Assembly: GCA_964247055.1 (NCBI GenBank) | Contig: OZ176055.1 | Span: forward strand, 744,001-808,000 | Direction of reading: 5' to 3' | Source: Paragordius varius | Lineage: Eukaryota; Animalia; Nematomorpha | Length of the DNA: 64,000 nt | Position numbers and translations under genes: made by a program | Notes under the pieces: generated by a model | The model's database searches: none | What the model was told of the DNA's origin: nothing | Seen by the model: the letters and a program-made list of their open reading frames with translations, nothing else | Shown here: one piece after another, positions 47,471-61,900 of the stretch | Numbering within the stretch: the first letter of the stretch is position 1 | Layout of the letters: each line of letters opens with the position of its first letter

Positions 47471-50400
47471 GGTGTATATTTGTAAATACTAACAGGTGTT
47501 AACATAAACATTAATTATTGAGAAAAAACGGTTCAAAAAATTTTGCCTGGTTAATTCTAATAGGGTCATGAAGGCTTTTCACAGTTAATCCCTGAGAAAC
47601 TCTAAAAAAATATTGACAAATCAAATTCTTTAGCAAATACGGTATTGTTTAAAATTGGTATGGATTTTAATCTATTTTATGTGGCTAAATGAATATCTAT
47701 GCGAAAAGCAAAATATTGGTTTTAAAAAATTGTTTACAATTCTTTTGTAGCGTAAATTTTTTAATTAGACCGCATTCTTTAATATAATTAACCATAAATG
47801 CTTCACAGTTATTTCTGATTGTATGCTACTTTTGCATCAAAAGCCCTAGTGCCGTTTTATTTAATTTTATTAAATTTAAAAATGACAAGATTGGGAAAAT
47901 TTCTCTTTATGCATTGTTTGGTATTCAAAACACTTTTTAAAAAACTACATCGTTTAATTTGTTAATATTTTGCTCACATTTTCTTTTTTTTCCAAATATG
48001 TCAAAATACCGCATATCTCCTCATCATTTTGACATAGAATTATATGTCATTTGGCTTGGAGACGCTACTCTAAAATCTCATTGCTCTATTTTCAAGGATA
48101 TAATGTATTGGGCCTATTTAAACACATTGTAAAGGACTACTGTTGATTTAAATTTCCCTTAAAAAAGACGAAAATTATAAATTTGAATACGAAGAATTTG
48201 AATCCGTAACAAAATGTAAAAGTATCGTCATAATACCAGTTAATTGATATTTGGATGTTAAAAATAAATATCCAAACACAAAGGTTGTTGCCGGGCAAAA
48301 CTTATGCTGATTAAATTTTCAACTTTTTTTGAAGGTGAAATAATGTCTTGTGTAGCCAAACTCACAATTCGCGTGTTATGGGAAAATAATGGAGTTGACA
48401 GCTTTTACATACTAATTTTTTAATGTCAAAATTGATATAATTTTGACATTAAGAAATACACAAATTTTAAGACATAATATCACACAATAAATGCTAAATG
48501 ATGATTTATTGTGGGATATAATGTCGTAAACCCACGCTTTGTAGTGACATTATGAAGCGTATATTATGTAAAACATGGTCAGAAATCCAGAAATTAACAT
48601 TTAAAGGCTTATCCTCCCGAAATTCCGATCAAAATTGGTCAATATTTACTATTAACCAATGTATTGTGGTTTAGAGACATGGGAAATTTTTGATTTTTTT
48701 CTATTTCATTGTAACTCATCAATTATAAACTAACATCCAAATGATAATTGTGACAATTCCTTTTGTTTGGTGCCTAAATTAAAATAGAGATTAAACAGGA
48801 TTAAATTTTAAGCAATCCCAATTATGCAAAAGCCTTATTATTCAATAATTGTTTATGGATTGGGTGAATATGGGAAGCGTGGACTATAGCCAATTTATAT
48901 AATTTTACTAAAATTTTGCGAATCGTGATCTAAATAAAAATTGGATAAAATTTCGTAATTAACTTGTTTTGTTCTACGAATGAATATATTATTTTACCAT
49001 ATAAAGAAAGTATCTATATTCAATTAAATCAATTATTTTGCTTTAATGTTCATCATCACATATATTAGATTTTCAAATTAAGAATTATGGGCGTCTTTTT
49101 TAGCTATAAAGACCTAATTATATACTATTTTTAAATAATAATACAATATGGGATTCCGTGATTCCACGCACAAAATTTAACATTTTCTACCAAATCAACC
49201 AAAAAAAAATCGCTATTTATTTTTTTCGTCTGCGCTAGATTATTAACGGTAGTATAATCGTCTGATTAATTTTTTTACATTTCAAATTGGTTTTATACAT
49301 ATTCTGATAAGAAAAGGTAATTATTATGAATATTATGTAATATAAATATTGATATTTTTATGATATAAAATTAATAAATTGTTTAAATTTGATTGATTAG
49401 ATTAAACGATAAGCAATGTTTTAATGATTTTAAAATACTTGTCATATTAAATAAGTTCTCACCTTTGACCTTTAAAAACAACTAATATTATATATAAATA
49501 AATATTTATTCAAATTAGCCGCCATGATTCCTATAAAATTACTTTTGCGCTTGTCAAATAATCAGATTAATAATTTTTTATGTGAAAACGCATTAATGGT
49601 TTATAAGAAACAATACTATCATACAAAGCTTGTACAAGTTTTTTTGAAATTAATATAATTTTAAATTTTAACAAGTTATTAAAATACAGTAAAAGTACTG
49701 TTCTGTATAATGTTTGCTCAAATTATTTTATTCTTAATATAGAAGTTAAATAACCTATCAATCAATCAACAACATTTTTATTTAAAGAATTTAAATGAAA
49801 CATTCAAGTCCATGGCCTTTTTGTTGTCACTTAATCCTTTTTCATTGGAATTCAAAATATTAAGAAAAAGAACATATTTTGAATTTTACATGGTTAGAAA
49901 TGTTAGACAGAATAAAATTTTATAATTTAATTTTGATGCACACATATTAGTATTCCATATATATATTGCTTTTTTCAATTTTTATATGATCTCTATATTC
50001 ATAACATTATTTGATTCAAAAAAATCTGATGATTTATGGATATATGAAAGATTTAATTGTTTTTAGAAAAGTTAATTTCTTGCGATTGTGACAATTTCGT
50101 CATAAATTTTAATAGTTTTCTTCATAAAATTGAATTGACTCGCTAAATTAATCCAATTAAAACACTCAAAAGTGTGATAAATGATTTTTAAATCCCCATT
50201 TTAGATTTTAGTTTTTTTTCTCTTCATTGGGCTTAAATGGGATTTAATTATAAACGTCTGATGATTTATATCAAATTATCTCAAACTTTATGGATTAATA
50301 ATTAAATAGTGTTAAAAATTTTAATAAGGATTGTAGAATTATAAAAAAATATTAATAAATATGTATTAATTGATGGCTATTTATTTTAGATTAAAATGTT

Positions 50401-52885
50401 AGGATTTTGAACATTACTTATATAATAAGCTCATAATTGTTATACAGTTATTTTCTATAGGGGCTATTTTTATCATTGATATTTTTTATTATATCGAACA
50501 TAAGATAGAATCTTTATGGTCTACATTTGAAAATTCATTTCGCGTTGTAAAAAACATATATATAAACAATTAAATTAACCGATCCAAAAGTTTAAACGCT
50601 TCAAAACTAGTCAGCAAGGCATATAAATGATAAAATAATTTAAATTAAAAACCACATTTTATAACTCTATTTTAATAAACTTTAGGCTTGCATTTAACCC
50701 CCCCCCCCCTAGCGCCAAAAAACCAGCAATAATTTAAAAATACCCTATTACAATCTGTACTCTGGTAGGCTATGATATACAGGGTCGTGGTTAGATTTAA
50801 CTAAGGAAATTTTTTATGAATTAGAGGGAGCAGCCCTTATATTTTCGATTATGTTAAAATAAATAGCAAAATTTCCGCATTATAACCCTTTTTTGAGAAC
50901 ATCTACTCTTGAATGTTTTAATTAAATTTCAATTAATATTTCAGTCAGTTTTTTAAAAATATTTGAAAATATATACAAACATATTGTGAAAAGAATTTGG
51001 GAAGCAGCCTATTTATAATTAGTATTTAATGTTTATTGTGAGCCTCTGCTTTACTTAGATGATAATAACTAAAAAATTGGGTTTTTAAGGTTATGTTACT
51101 CTTAATGACAACGGACGGTCTAATGTGATAAAATTTAGCTTTAAAACAGTGATGGAAATAACGATTCAGTACCAATGAATAAGGTTACCTCCATTCTTGC
51201 AAGTGCAAAAAATTGTGTGTATTGATTAAAAAACTCCATTTATTACCTTTGGCCTGTCTTATTTTAAGGGTTACTATTACTCCTTAACAGCTTTAAACTT
51301 TTCAGTTAATTATCAATTTAATTCCATCTATTATACACAGTCCCTTTATTTGCTAATAATGTGTTGTTCGTTATAGATTAAATTATTAAATTATATAATA
51401 AGTAAACTGAACTATCGACATATTCTATGCAGAATATCATCGATTACTATTCTTTGTATTTTTAATGTCAAAAAAAATATTATTTCAACTGTATATTAAC
51501 ACAAACTATGATAATTAATTGCCTGATGATATTTTAAGAATTTTTTGCGTTACGTTTTCCAATCATTTCAAAAAGTATTTAAACTTAAAAACAAAAGATT
51601 TCACAATGATAAATGGCTTGATGAGAGGAATAGAAATCAAAATATTAATTTTTTATTACAATATGATTGCACATTTTAGCTTGTTTATTAAACGCCTCAT
51701 TGCTGCAAAAATAAGCATACCGTTTTTTCCTCTTTAAAATTGATGATTTATAGTTATATAGGGAAAACGAGAATATGGAAAAAATTAATCGATTTTGCAT
51801 AATAATCATATTTTCATAATCAGAATATTACTCACTAAAGAAGTATTAATGTTTGAAATAAAATAGGTTTATAAACTTAAAATATGTAAGTAATTTAAAA
51901 AACTTATTTATATAATATTTAAGTCAAGATAAATTTGAATTATATTATCTTTCTACATATACTTGGAAACTAATTATTGGCAGATTTAAGAATTTATTTT
52001 AATTTAAATTGACACAAAGACAGTGTGAATGGATGGATAAATATAAATTGCATTAACAGAGAAAAGGAAAGAGCATTTAACTAATTAAGAATGACATTTT
52101 TTACTAATATATACAAATCTAAAACCAAAATCATCACATATACCAATACGTGATAAAAGTCCAAAAATCTCAACTTTAACCCTAAACTAAATAGGCTAAA
52201 TTAAATGCTGCCACTTTTTTGAAACTATTTTTTTTACCCAAGATATTATATCAAAAATTCAGGCATATTTTTGAAATAAACGTCCCCGAACTCTAAAGTT
52301 TGCCAAAAAATAATTTGCTTTAGTTGTGGTTATTTTATAAGATGTTAAATAGACTGAGTATAACTTATGGATCATCGAATCACCGTATCATATAAAATTG
52401 TGATTCAAAAATTAAATTTTAGTATACAAAAAACAATGATTCTCTGACCTTAACTTTTTAACGAATCCGATTTAACCATTCTAAACTACTTTTAATGATC
52501 GCATAAATATATTTTTTTCCAGATATAGGCTATCGTTAATTGCAAAAAAGGAAAAGAGATGTAAATTATATGTTTCAAAATAATAATTATAATAATATAT
52601 GTGTGAAAAAATTAAGGTTTCAAAAAGTATGGCTGTCTTTTAATAAGCTCTATTAATTTTCATTTTATTAAAAGCACAGCTTAATTAAAATTTTATCAAA
52701 ACTATATATTAAAACTGACAGCAAGCAATCGCTTGTATTAATTTTGGAATTCGATTATCCCTTTTTACGGTTTTTATAAAAATTATGAAAATTGAATAGA
52801 GAAAAATGCAATAACTAAAAGATATATTATAAAGCTGATATGGGTCCTGATTAGGGTAAGGAGTATACATTTTAAAAAGCAATAT

Positions 52886-52965
52886 TTTTTCGATCAACAC
52901 ATCGTTTTTTAACCAATTGCAACACTTTTTCGATCAACACATCATTTTTTAACCAAACGCAACAT
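52886..52965. repeat. 40-bp tandem duplication
   Basis: tttttcgatcaacacatc(g/a)ttttttaaccaa...gcaaca x2 (cgatcaacac at 52891 and 52931). Confidence 0.85.
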
Positions 52966-53201
52966 TTTTAGTTTCGTTTGGATGAAAAATGTTATGTTTG
53001 TTTGCAAAATTGTTGATTTTTGAAAAATGCTATGTTCTTACAATCGGGGACTTTCTGGGATAAGGGGGTCCACTTTATAAAATAATATAAAATGTTTTGA
53101 TCCACTTACATATATCAAATGAAATCCATTTTGCTTAAATATTTGGATATAACATAGTCTAAGTAGCTACAATCTTTTGGCTATAGTATAACATATATAT
53201 A

Positions 53202-53591
53202 CCATTTACAATTCAATTTCACCCTTAAACAATTCCAATTCACCCTTGAACAATTCAAATTCACCCTCGAACAATTCAAATTCACCCTTTAACAATGCAA
53301 TTTCACCCTCAAATAAAATATATGTTTTTTAAGATAATAAATTACCTATATTTTATACATTTTTAAAAAATAAAAATTCTATTTTAAGTTAAAATGATAC
53401 TGAAAAAATAATAAACTATAGCATAAACATATATTTTATATTAATAATGAAATATATTAGTTCGAAAACACATAATTTATTTTTAGGGTGAATTTGAATT
53501 GTTTAAAGGTGAATATAATAGTTCAAGGGTGAATTTGAATTGTTCGAGGGTGAATTTGAATTGTTTGAGGGTGAATTTGAACTGTAAATGG
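53202..53591. mobile_element. MITE family A, most intact copy (390 bp)
   Basis: TATA|ccatttacaattcaatttcaccc with 5-6 20-bp units on each arm ... gggtgaatttgaactgtaaatgg|TATA. Confidence 0.92.
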
Positions 53592-56296
53592 TATATAATA
53601 ATTGCAACAAAATTTAAATAGTATTTTTACTTTTTACTAGAAAATTATATATAATACAAATATATTTTAATTAAATTTAAGCAACTTGATTTTTGTTTTG
53701 GGTCTTAAAAGTCATTCAAGAAAATTATTAACAATTTTAGGGTAATGGCAAGATATCGAATGGCATAATTTATGCACATTATGCTAAAAAAAGAGTGAAA
53801 AGTAAATGCTACAATTAATTACACAACAATTAAAAATAAAACAATGCTTTTAAAATTTGAATTTTCGATAGGTTCTGATATCTAATTTTAATAAAGTTAA
53901 GGCAATAATGCCGAACGTGATTTAAATTTAATATATGTTAACATATGACATCAAAAACATTGAAAAAATCATTCATTGTTTGTTGACAACAAAGCGTATT
54001 TTATGCTAATTTGAAGCAAAGCTATAACTATTAAAACAATATAATTTTTATAATTCGATAACAAAAATACCCTTTGAACATAGTATATGATATAAATGAT
54101 AACAAGTATTAATCATTTATTTTATATCAATTTTTTTTTCACATGATTAGCGAAAATTTTGCGGTTCTTTTATGGGGCAATTAGCACAAAAATGGTATTA
54201 AGTATCTTATATAACTCGTAAGACCCTAACCAAAAGCATAAAAATCCTGCATTTTTAATTCATAAGCAAAATTTTTTACCCAAAGGCAGCATTTTCCATA
54301 ACTAAAAATGCGTTTGCTTGAAAGATATTGCGTTGCCCTAAAAATGTTGCTTTTGATTGGAAAAAATGTTGTTATTATTCGAAAACGGTATAAAATATAG
54401 ATATTTCATCAAGATTATATACCCACCAATTTTGGGCTCAGTGTATATATTAAAATAAATTTGAAAATAAGTTAGGGTTTAGATTTTTGCCTTTGTCATT
54501 CTCCATAATATTATTGATTCTTTTAAGTATAATTTTGTAACAAACTAACTATCTTCCTACTAACTGGTAAACCTTATTTATTTTAAGCCACAAAGTACAA
54601 TTTTTATCGGAGTAATTATAAAGTTTATAGTTATGAACTCACAAAAATTAAAATGTTTATTTTATGTTGAGGAGAAAACCGAGATTCAGACGAGGAAAAT
54701 ATGGTTTTTTAAGTATCAAAGGCAATTTTTTATTAAAGCTAATTATTAAAAAAGACTTTCATTGTGAACATTAACGATGAAGCCATATCTTTTAAAAATC
54801 TTAGCCTGTAGAGAATGAAATGTTTTTAAATAATATTATGGTGACGCTATTTACGAATATAGGAGACAATAAAAGTAAAGGAAATTTAAATTATGAATAC
54901 TTATCGTTAAACCAAATAGACAAACATAACTGCATAAGCTAATCTTTTTTAAGTCTCAGCCATTGAAGTTTAAGCTTAAATTATAGGTTTACTTTAGAAT
55001 GTTAAGTTTTTTAACCAATTATACATTTTAATTCCAAATATTTATATCAAATACAATGACAGTTTGTTATTTCCGTTTTTAATGGCTAAAACGGAGTTTT
55101 ATATACAAGTTTAATACAATATAAGTTTTTATTTTAATTAATTGCATATTAGAAGTGGAGATAAAATAGTGTTCAATTAAATATATAACGAACTAAAAAT
55201 ATGCATATAGTGTATGCATAAAAACCATTTTAACCAATTAAAATACCGAAATGACTAATAATACTCGTTACACTATTATTTGACAATCTTTGTAAAAATT
55301 GAACTAGGTTAGTTGATGGTCCAGTTCATCTTTATTTTTAGTTTAAATAAATAAAAACTAAAAAAGTTTAAAACCAAATCATAAATAATCTTTTAAAAGT
55401 TTATAAAAAAAGATAAAAAAGTACATACATTTTGTTTACGAGTTATACAGCACATTTTCGTTATGAATGTCAATCATTCAAACTTTTTATCTTTCTTGCA
55501 TAATAAGATATAACAATAACTGTCAGAAAAAAAAAATAAATATTAAAGTTATGATATTTATTTTTCCCATTGTTATAGAGAATTTTTATTATTTAAACAA
55601 AAATATTCAAAATTCGGATATTACCAAAAAGACTAAAACACAATAAAATTCGCCAAAATATTCACTTAATACCGAAATCGTATCTTTTGATCTTTCTATG
55701 AGGAATGGTAAACTATTTTTCCAAGAAAAATTAAAAATGCGTTTTAGTTTTTTATGCTAAAAATACAATATGTGGAAGAAATTAAAATTACCGTTATCAT
55801 TTACAATGTTTTTTTTTTCATTACATAATTTTCCATCTATTTTTTTCATTTCATTCTAATAGAGTGTGTGTGTGAGAGAAATATACAAACTAAACTGAGT
55901 TAAATGACTTTTGTATCATAATATGTTATTGTTAAATAAATCAAATCAAATTACATCTATAACAAAAAACTAAATTGGTAACCAAAAAAATCATTATTAT
56001 TAAACAGCACACGCAATACAATAGATTATTCCTCTGCTAAAAGCTAACATCACAAGGATTAACCAGTACATAATATCATATCCATCTATTCTTCTTTGTT
56101 GTGACTGAATCACTTAATTAAATTAACTTTTAGTTATTACGAACTAACTTTTATGGCAAATATCGCTCGCTTCACAATATAAATCAACTTTGCTGGTGTA
56201 TATGTCAAAAAACAATATTCATTAATCCACAACTAATGTTTTAAAGTAAAGCTAAAAAACCAACTTCAATATAATGATATCTGTCCTGAATGAAGA

Positions 56297-58751
56297 ATGA
56301 GTCTTGCCTTATTAAATCAAAATGGCCATGATAAAAATAAAGTTTTAACACCTAGCATGCACAATAATAGTAATGATAATATAAACTCACATATAACTTT
56401 TAACCCCCATCTCAATATCATGAACTATTATTCTTCAAGTCCACACCATAGGTCTGCTATTGAGGGAAGTAGTATTAAGCTTACCCCATCTTACACAATG
56501 ACACCCATGTATGAAAAAAATGTCATTTCAAACAGCGCACTTTATACGAATCCATTTTCCCCTTTTGTAGCAAGTGTAATGTATAATCATGCTGTAGCAG
56601 CTGGTTCATTCTATAATTCGGCCGCCGTCGTGTCAAATTATAATCCGGCTTTATTATGTAATAATCATCGATTACAATCCACCAAAGTGAATGATGTCAT
56701 TACTGATGATGCAACAATGTATAATAATCGCAACTATGTTACTAATCCCAATTCAAATCCTTACAACATTGGAGGAGGACAAAATTATTTTGGTGGTAGT
56801 AAGGAAACATTGTTTAATTTTTTGCCTGCGTCAGCAAATCATGGTAAAAACTTGAATAATGAACCAAACTCTAACTTACGACCAAACAACGGTTCAGAAT
56901 GCAATGCTCTATGTAAAAAAATGTCAATACTTAATAAACAACAAAATGACGCATATGGTATAAATAAGGATGATTATCAACAAGAGAAAAACACGCAACG
57001 CTCTCCGGAACATCCAAATGGTTTTCAACAATCAAATGGTGTTTATTATTCGAAAAATCCAATGTATCCGCCCAACAACAAAAACAACAGTAATTACGAT
57101 GAAACCATAAATAGTGGTTCTTCCGAGGATTTCGACTTGAGCGCTAATAATGACTCTGCCAGAAGAAATAACCCAATTTACTTACAAAACAATACTAAAA
57201 GGATGATTGATAGGTCTGATGCCTTGTATCCTTGGATGAAAAATCAATTTGGTAGCTATTTTGTTTTTTGCAATTTTTTTTGTTTTAGCAGAAAATTGTA
57301 TTATATATTTTTACCATTAAATATTTGCTGAATACAGTCTTTTTATACCTTATACTTCTATAAAATCATGTTAAACTGATACTTAAAGCCTTGGATATAT
57401 TTCTTTTATAGTATATTTTTGATAGATTAGTTTCGTAAAAAATGACCATATAACTTTTTTTGACCATTTACCATGTCAAAATAGGATGATATTTTATATA
57501 TGTATAAGATTTTGCATTATAAATTTCAAGTAAAGGCCATCCATATTGATACATTTTTGCTTATGGCTATAATTTATAAGACCTATTCAAAAATATATAT
57601 ATCATATATACTGGTAAAAAATTCTGGTTTTTTTATATATAATTATCGATTTTTTGCCAAAATCTAACCGTTTTGGTTGGTGTCAGAAAAGAGAGAGATA
57701 TAGTTAATAAAAATTGCTAACTATTTATTTACTGTTTTAATTTATTTACTTAAAGCAACAACGGTCTATAAGAAATTGAGAGGAAGACAAAATATATACT
57801 TTATTTTAACTATATAATTAAAAGTATTTTTTATTCATAAATTTGAAAAATATATATTTTATCTATGGAAAATGATAAAATTACAGTTATATGTTGCTAA
57901 ATATACAATGTGCGTTTTTGAGAAAATATGCTTTTTTTAAAAAATGTGTTTTTTCACTTTAACGATAACAGTCCTTTAAAATTAAATTTGTCAAATTCGG
58001 CTTAGGGCAAATATTTTGTATACGCAACAAAGAGGATGATAAAAGATAAAAAATTTTTTTTTAACATTAAGCGGTGCATAATAAAAAGGTTTATTTAACG
58101 AGGACAATTGAAAAAAATAATATGTAAAATACTATAAATATCTTTTAATTCTAATGTTAAAAAAACTTTAACTCTCTTTCTATCTAAATTTGACATTAAT
58201 TATACGTAATAAAACCGTTGTGATTATTTATAAATGCAGGCTTTCACTATATCATAACCGGTAAGTTTAGACTCCTAAAATATATGTTATAATGAAAGCA
58301 AAACCAAATTTAACCTAGTAAAATGGTAAGTATTTAGATTTCCTAAAATTTTAAATCAAATATGATTTTGGCAGTTTAATTAAGTGTTAGGATTAATGGC
58401 ATTTATAAAGTACCTTTATTAAGGCTAGTTATTAATACTATACTAATTATAAATTTGATTTCTACATATATAGATCGCAAAAAAGGCCGTCAAACTTACA
58501 CGAGACACCAAACGCTAGAGCTGGAAAAAGAGTTCCATTACAATCGATATCTTACACGTAGGCGTAGGATAGAAATTGCTAATAATTTGGCCCTGAGCGA
58601 AAGACAAATTAAGATATGGTTCCAGAACCGTCGAATGAAATGGAAAAAAGAAAAATTTACAGACGCCCCGGATTCCTCCATGTTTAATCCCCTCAAAAGC
58701 GATGAAAATGATGATTTTGACGAATTTCAAGAGCACGACGACGAAAAATAA
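56297..58751 (+). CDS. Antp: Antennapedia-class Hox transcription factor (about 410 aa), 2 exons
   Basis: Exon 1 56297-57251 and exon 2 58474-58751, with a phase-1 GT-AG intron 57252-58473. Spliced junction LYPWMKNQF|[10 protein letters not shown] matches arthropod Antp YPWMRSQFERKRGRQTYT. The homeodomain is 52/60 identical to the canonical Antp sequence. An alternative start at ATG 56420 (MNYY) is possible. Confidence 0.9.
58476..58655 (+). other. Homeodomain
   Basis: [60 protein letters not shown]. Confidence 0.99.
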
Positions 58752-58854
58752 AATGGAGCAATCCTTATTAATTATACCGAATACAAAGATGTGAATTAAG
58801 ACGTAGCAATCATATACCACCATTGAAACGCACCTATACATATAAGCATATGAA

Positions 58855-58938
58855 ATGAAAAATAATGTGGAGATGCATATGGTTTTTAATGTCAAAAAAG
58901 ACTTTAAAAAGCATATGCATCTCCACATTATTTTTTAT
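58855..58938. ncRNA. Pre-miRNA-like near-perfect hairpin in the presumed Antp 3' UTR
   Basis: 24 consecutive Watson-Crick pairs (58858-58881 with 58912-58935), an inner stem of 7+3 bp with G.G and U.U mismatches, and a 6-A loop (58894-58899). The structure is certain; RNA function is inferred. Confidence 0.45.
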
Positions 58939-61900
58939 ATTAGAAAATATACTAGTAGTAACTGCACATTTCTTTATAAAGTTTATCCATAAATCCACGC
59001 GAATAAACATCGTGTCAGTCTTCCAATATCTCTCAGAAATCAATTAATACAAAACATGCACGAAAAATAAAATTATCGCCATATATATGAAGCAACAATA
59101 TACAAACAAAATATATTTTAAATCCATACATATTAACCATTTATTTGATTTTCATAAATTTTTGCACAAAAGACGCACTTGGAATCTGCTTTAGAATATA
59201 CTTTTTACCATGAATATTTAAATCTGCTTTGTATGTTAACTCCTGCCTCTTAAATGGTATTATTGTATTCATAACAAACAATTGTTATTATGATTCTTTG
59301 AAACGGGTACTTTTTCTTCTCAAAATAAACATTGTTATGTTAAATAAATTAATATTATATTTAAATAGCTATAAATTGTCAAACTATAACACGGCGGGCA
59401 ACCTCCTCAGATACCCATGTTATTTCATCAGTAAAAGCAAAAAATAAATATTGTTTTCAACAAAACCGCCCTTTCAAAACTAAGTGCATACGCGATAGGT
59501 CTATCGTGATATTAGCACTATAATAGTAATGTGTTAAAAAGTTTCATTCCAACTATCTTTAAACCAAAAATAAAATTGGTGACACACACATAGCCTTTTT
59601 GATTCAAAATATAAGTAAAGCTCTTATTGGCCATTACTGTATTTTATATGGCTAAAAGGATATTTTATTTACATGCTTGGTAGTATTTATGATATTTTAA
59701 TTATTATATGATATTCATTGCAACCAGGCGTCCTATCACAACAGTTCCCATTATTACTCTTTAATATAGCTTGGTCATGTTTCAACCGATTGTAAAAAGT
59801 AAAAACTTAATTTTACATTGTTTTAGACATTTCTGGGGTAAACTTTTGTCAGTAATAGTTTGTAATGAATATTATCCCGTTAACTTTTCATTACTTTAGG
59901 CGGAGACATTATTGGGGTGTTTTTTGACTGGAGTTTATACTTAAAATTTATTAGCGTAACTTCAGTTATAATTTATTAGTTCTAGATTAAAATTTAGGCT
60001 CAAATTTAGTCAAAATATTTGAAGTAAAATCATTCACTATGAAAAGACGATGTCAAAGCCAGCAGCTAAAGTTAATTGATTTTTTTAGCCATAATATATA
60101 ATTATTAAAGGTGTTTTAACAATAAAATAACCCGAATCGAAAACTAAAATATAAGTTGAAGAATTTTTTACAATAGACATTTATAAAATAATGCGGCTTA
60201 AAGCGATGTAATGCATTATTTAAGATTTATCCCAATATCTTAGGTACTATTTAACTAAATCTAGTTAAACTAGTTGGTATAAGAAATAACCAAAAAATAA
60301 TTAGGTGTTAATAAAATATAAACACTCTCAGAACCGGTCAAAACTCAATAAAAAACCGAATTTACATAGAGCTTTTATATCAATTATGGTTTTTAATTGA
60401 TTGCAATTACACAATTAAAATCTTACATTTCCATATATTTAGTTCCTCTATTTAATTCCGGGATTCCATTTTGAGGCTGCTTTTACAAGAGGTCACATTA
60501 CATTTTAGGAGACATCTCATAGGATAGATCCAACGCAGAAAGCTTGAATTCCAAACGTTCTGAAAATCAATTTAAATTTATCTTAAGGTTATATCAAAAT
60601 CTCTACTTGATAAATTAAATGTGCCATATTGAGTTATTTCTATGTAATATTTCAAGAGTAGATTTTTGAATAATATTACCTATAATTTAAAAAAATTCAT
60701 ACTTTTGCTCTTCGAAATACAAAATAAATAATATTTTTCTGTGGTGATGACGCCATATTTTGCGGTTTATAATATCTCAAACGCGTGTTTTACTAATCGT
60801 TACGTGAGCAGACGATATGCAAATATACCTTTAATTTATTTTAACCGGAATTCCTATCAGGTATCATAGTTTATAAATTAATAATTTCCTGGCTTAAAAT
60901 AAATTTCCAAATTATAAATTGGATTAATTTATTAAATGGTCGAACTATATGTCAAAAATTTTGTAGAAACCGAATCAATTCAAAAAATTTGATGCATAAT
61001 TTAGAAAAACATCCGATAAATTTTATGCCTATTCTCAATTATTCGAATTACTCCAATCAGGTTATGATCAAAAGTTGAGACAATAGAATATTTAAATCAG
61101 TATATATAAGGTCTTTCGAATCTAAAAATAACTTCACTAAATAATTTGATAAAATTTAATGATCGTTATCTAAAATTTAAAAAGCGATTTTCTTAATAAA
61201 TCCGTTTTTCCTAATAATTTACAAATTTTACAGTGTAATTTAAGTTTGCCAAGATATATTGAGTATTTAAGAGTGGTTTCTTTGTAACAATTTTAAAGCT
61301 CAATTTTGATATCCGTTTCGCTTAAATCACCAATTAAATGTACTTTAATTAAGTTTCTATTAAACCTAATCATCTCTATTTAATATTCAAATATTATATA
61401 TATGGTAATTAAGGATTATTCTGCAACAAAAATTTTGGATTTTTACAGTAAATTTGATTATATTTGCTTAAAAATCAAAAGATTCAAAATCTGAATTTTC
61501 CTAAGATAAGCATTATTTTTGCTACTTATATGCCTTATCAAACATGTTAAATTATATTTGTATTAAATCAAAAGTTTTTGATAATACTATTTATTTTACA
61601 TGATTTGCCTATATTTAAAACATTTGCGTTAACAAACCTACAATGTTAAGTTTTTACCGGTAATTTTGATTCCATGTTTTTATTTTTTTTATTTTTTAAA
61701 ACACCTACTTATACTGATAAATCTAACGCTTCCTGTCCAAAACTGATATAAGTTGTTTTGAATGATCAGGGATAACTATTATAAGTTAAATTATTTAAAA
61801 TTATTTTATAAAATATTAAAAAGCTCTGAATAGCCTTCTAAGGATGTATCTCATTGCCAAAAATATAATGGAACAACTTTTCAAAAATCTGTTTTTCAAT

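Noticed and set aside
58515-59047. Two ORFs on opposite strands with nearly identical N-termini (MWRCI...KxICISTLFF)
   Set aside because: An artefact of the 58855-58938 palindrome; neither has other coding support, and one is antisense to the homeobox.
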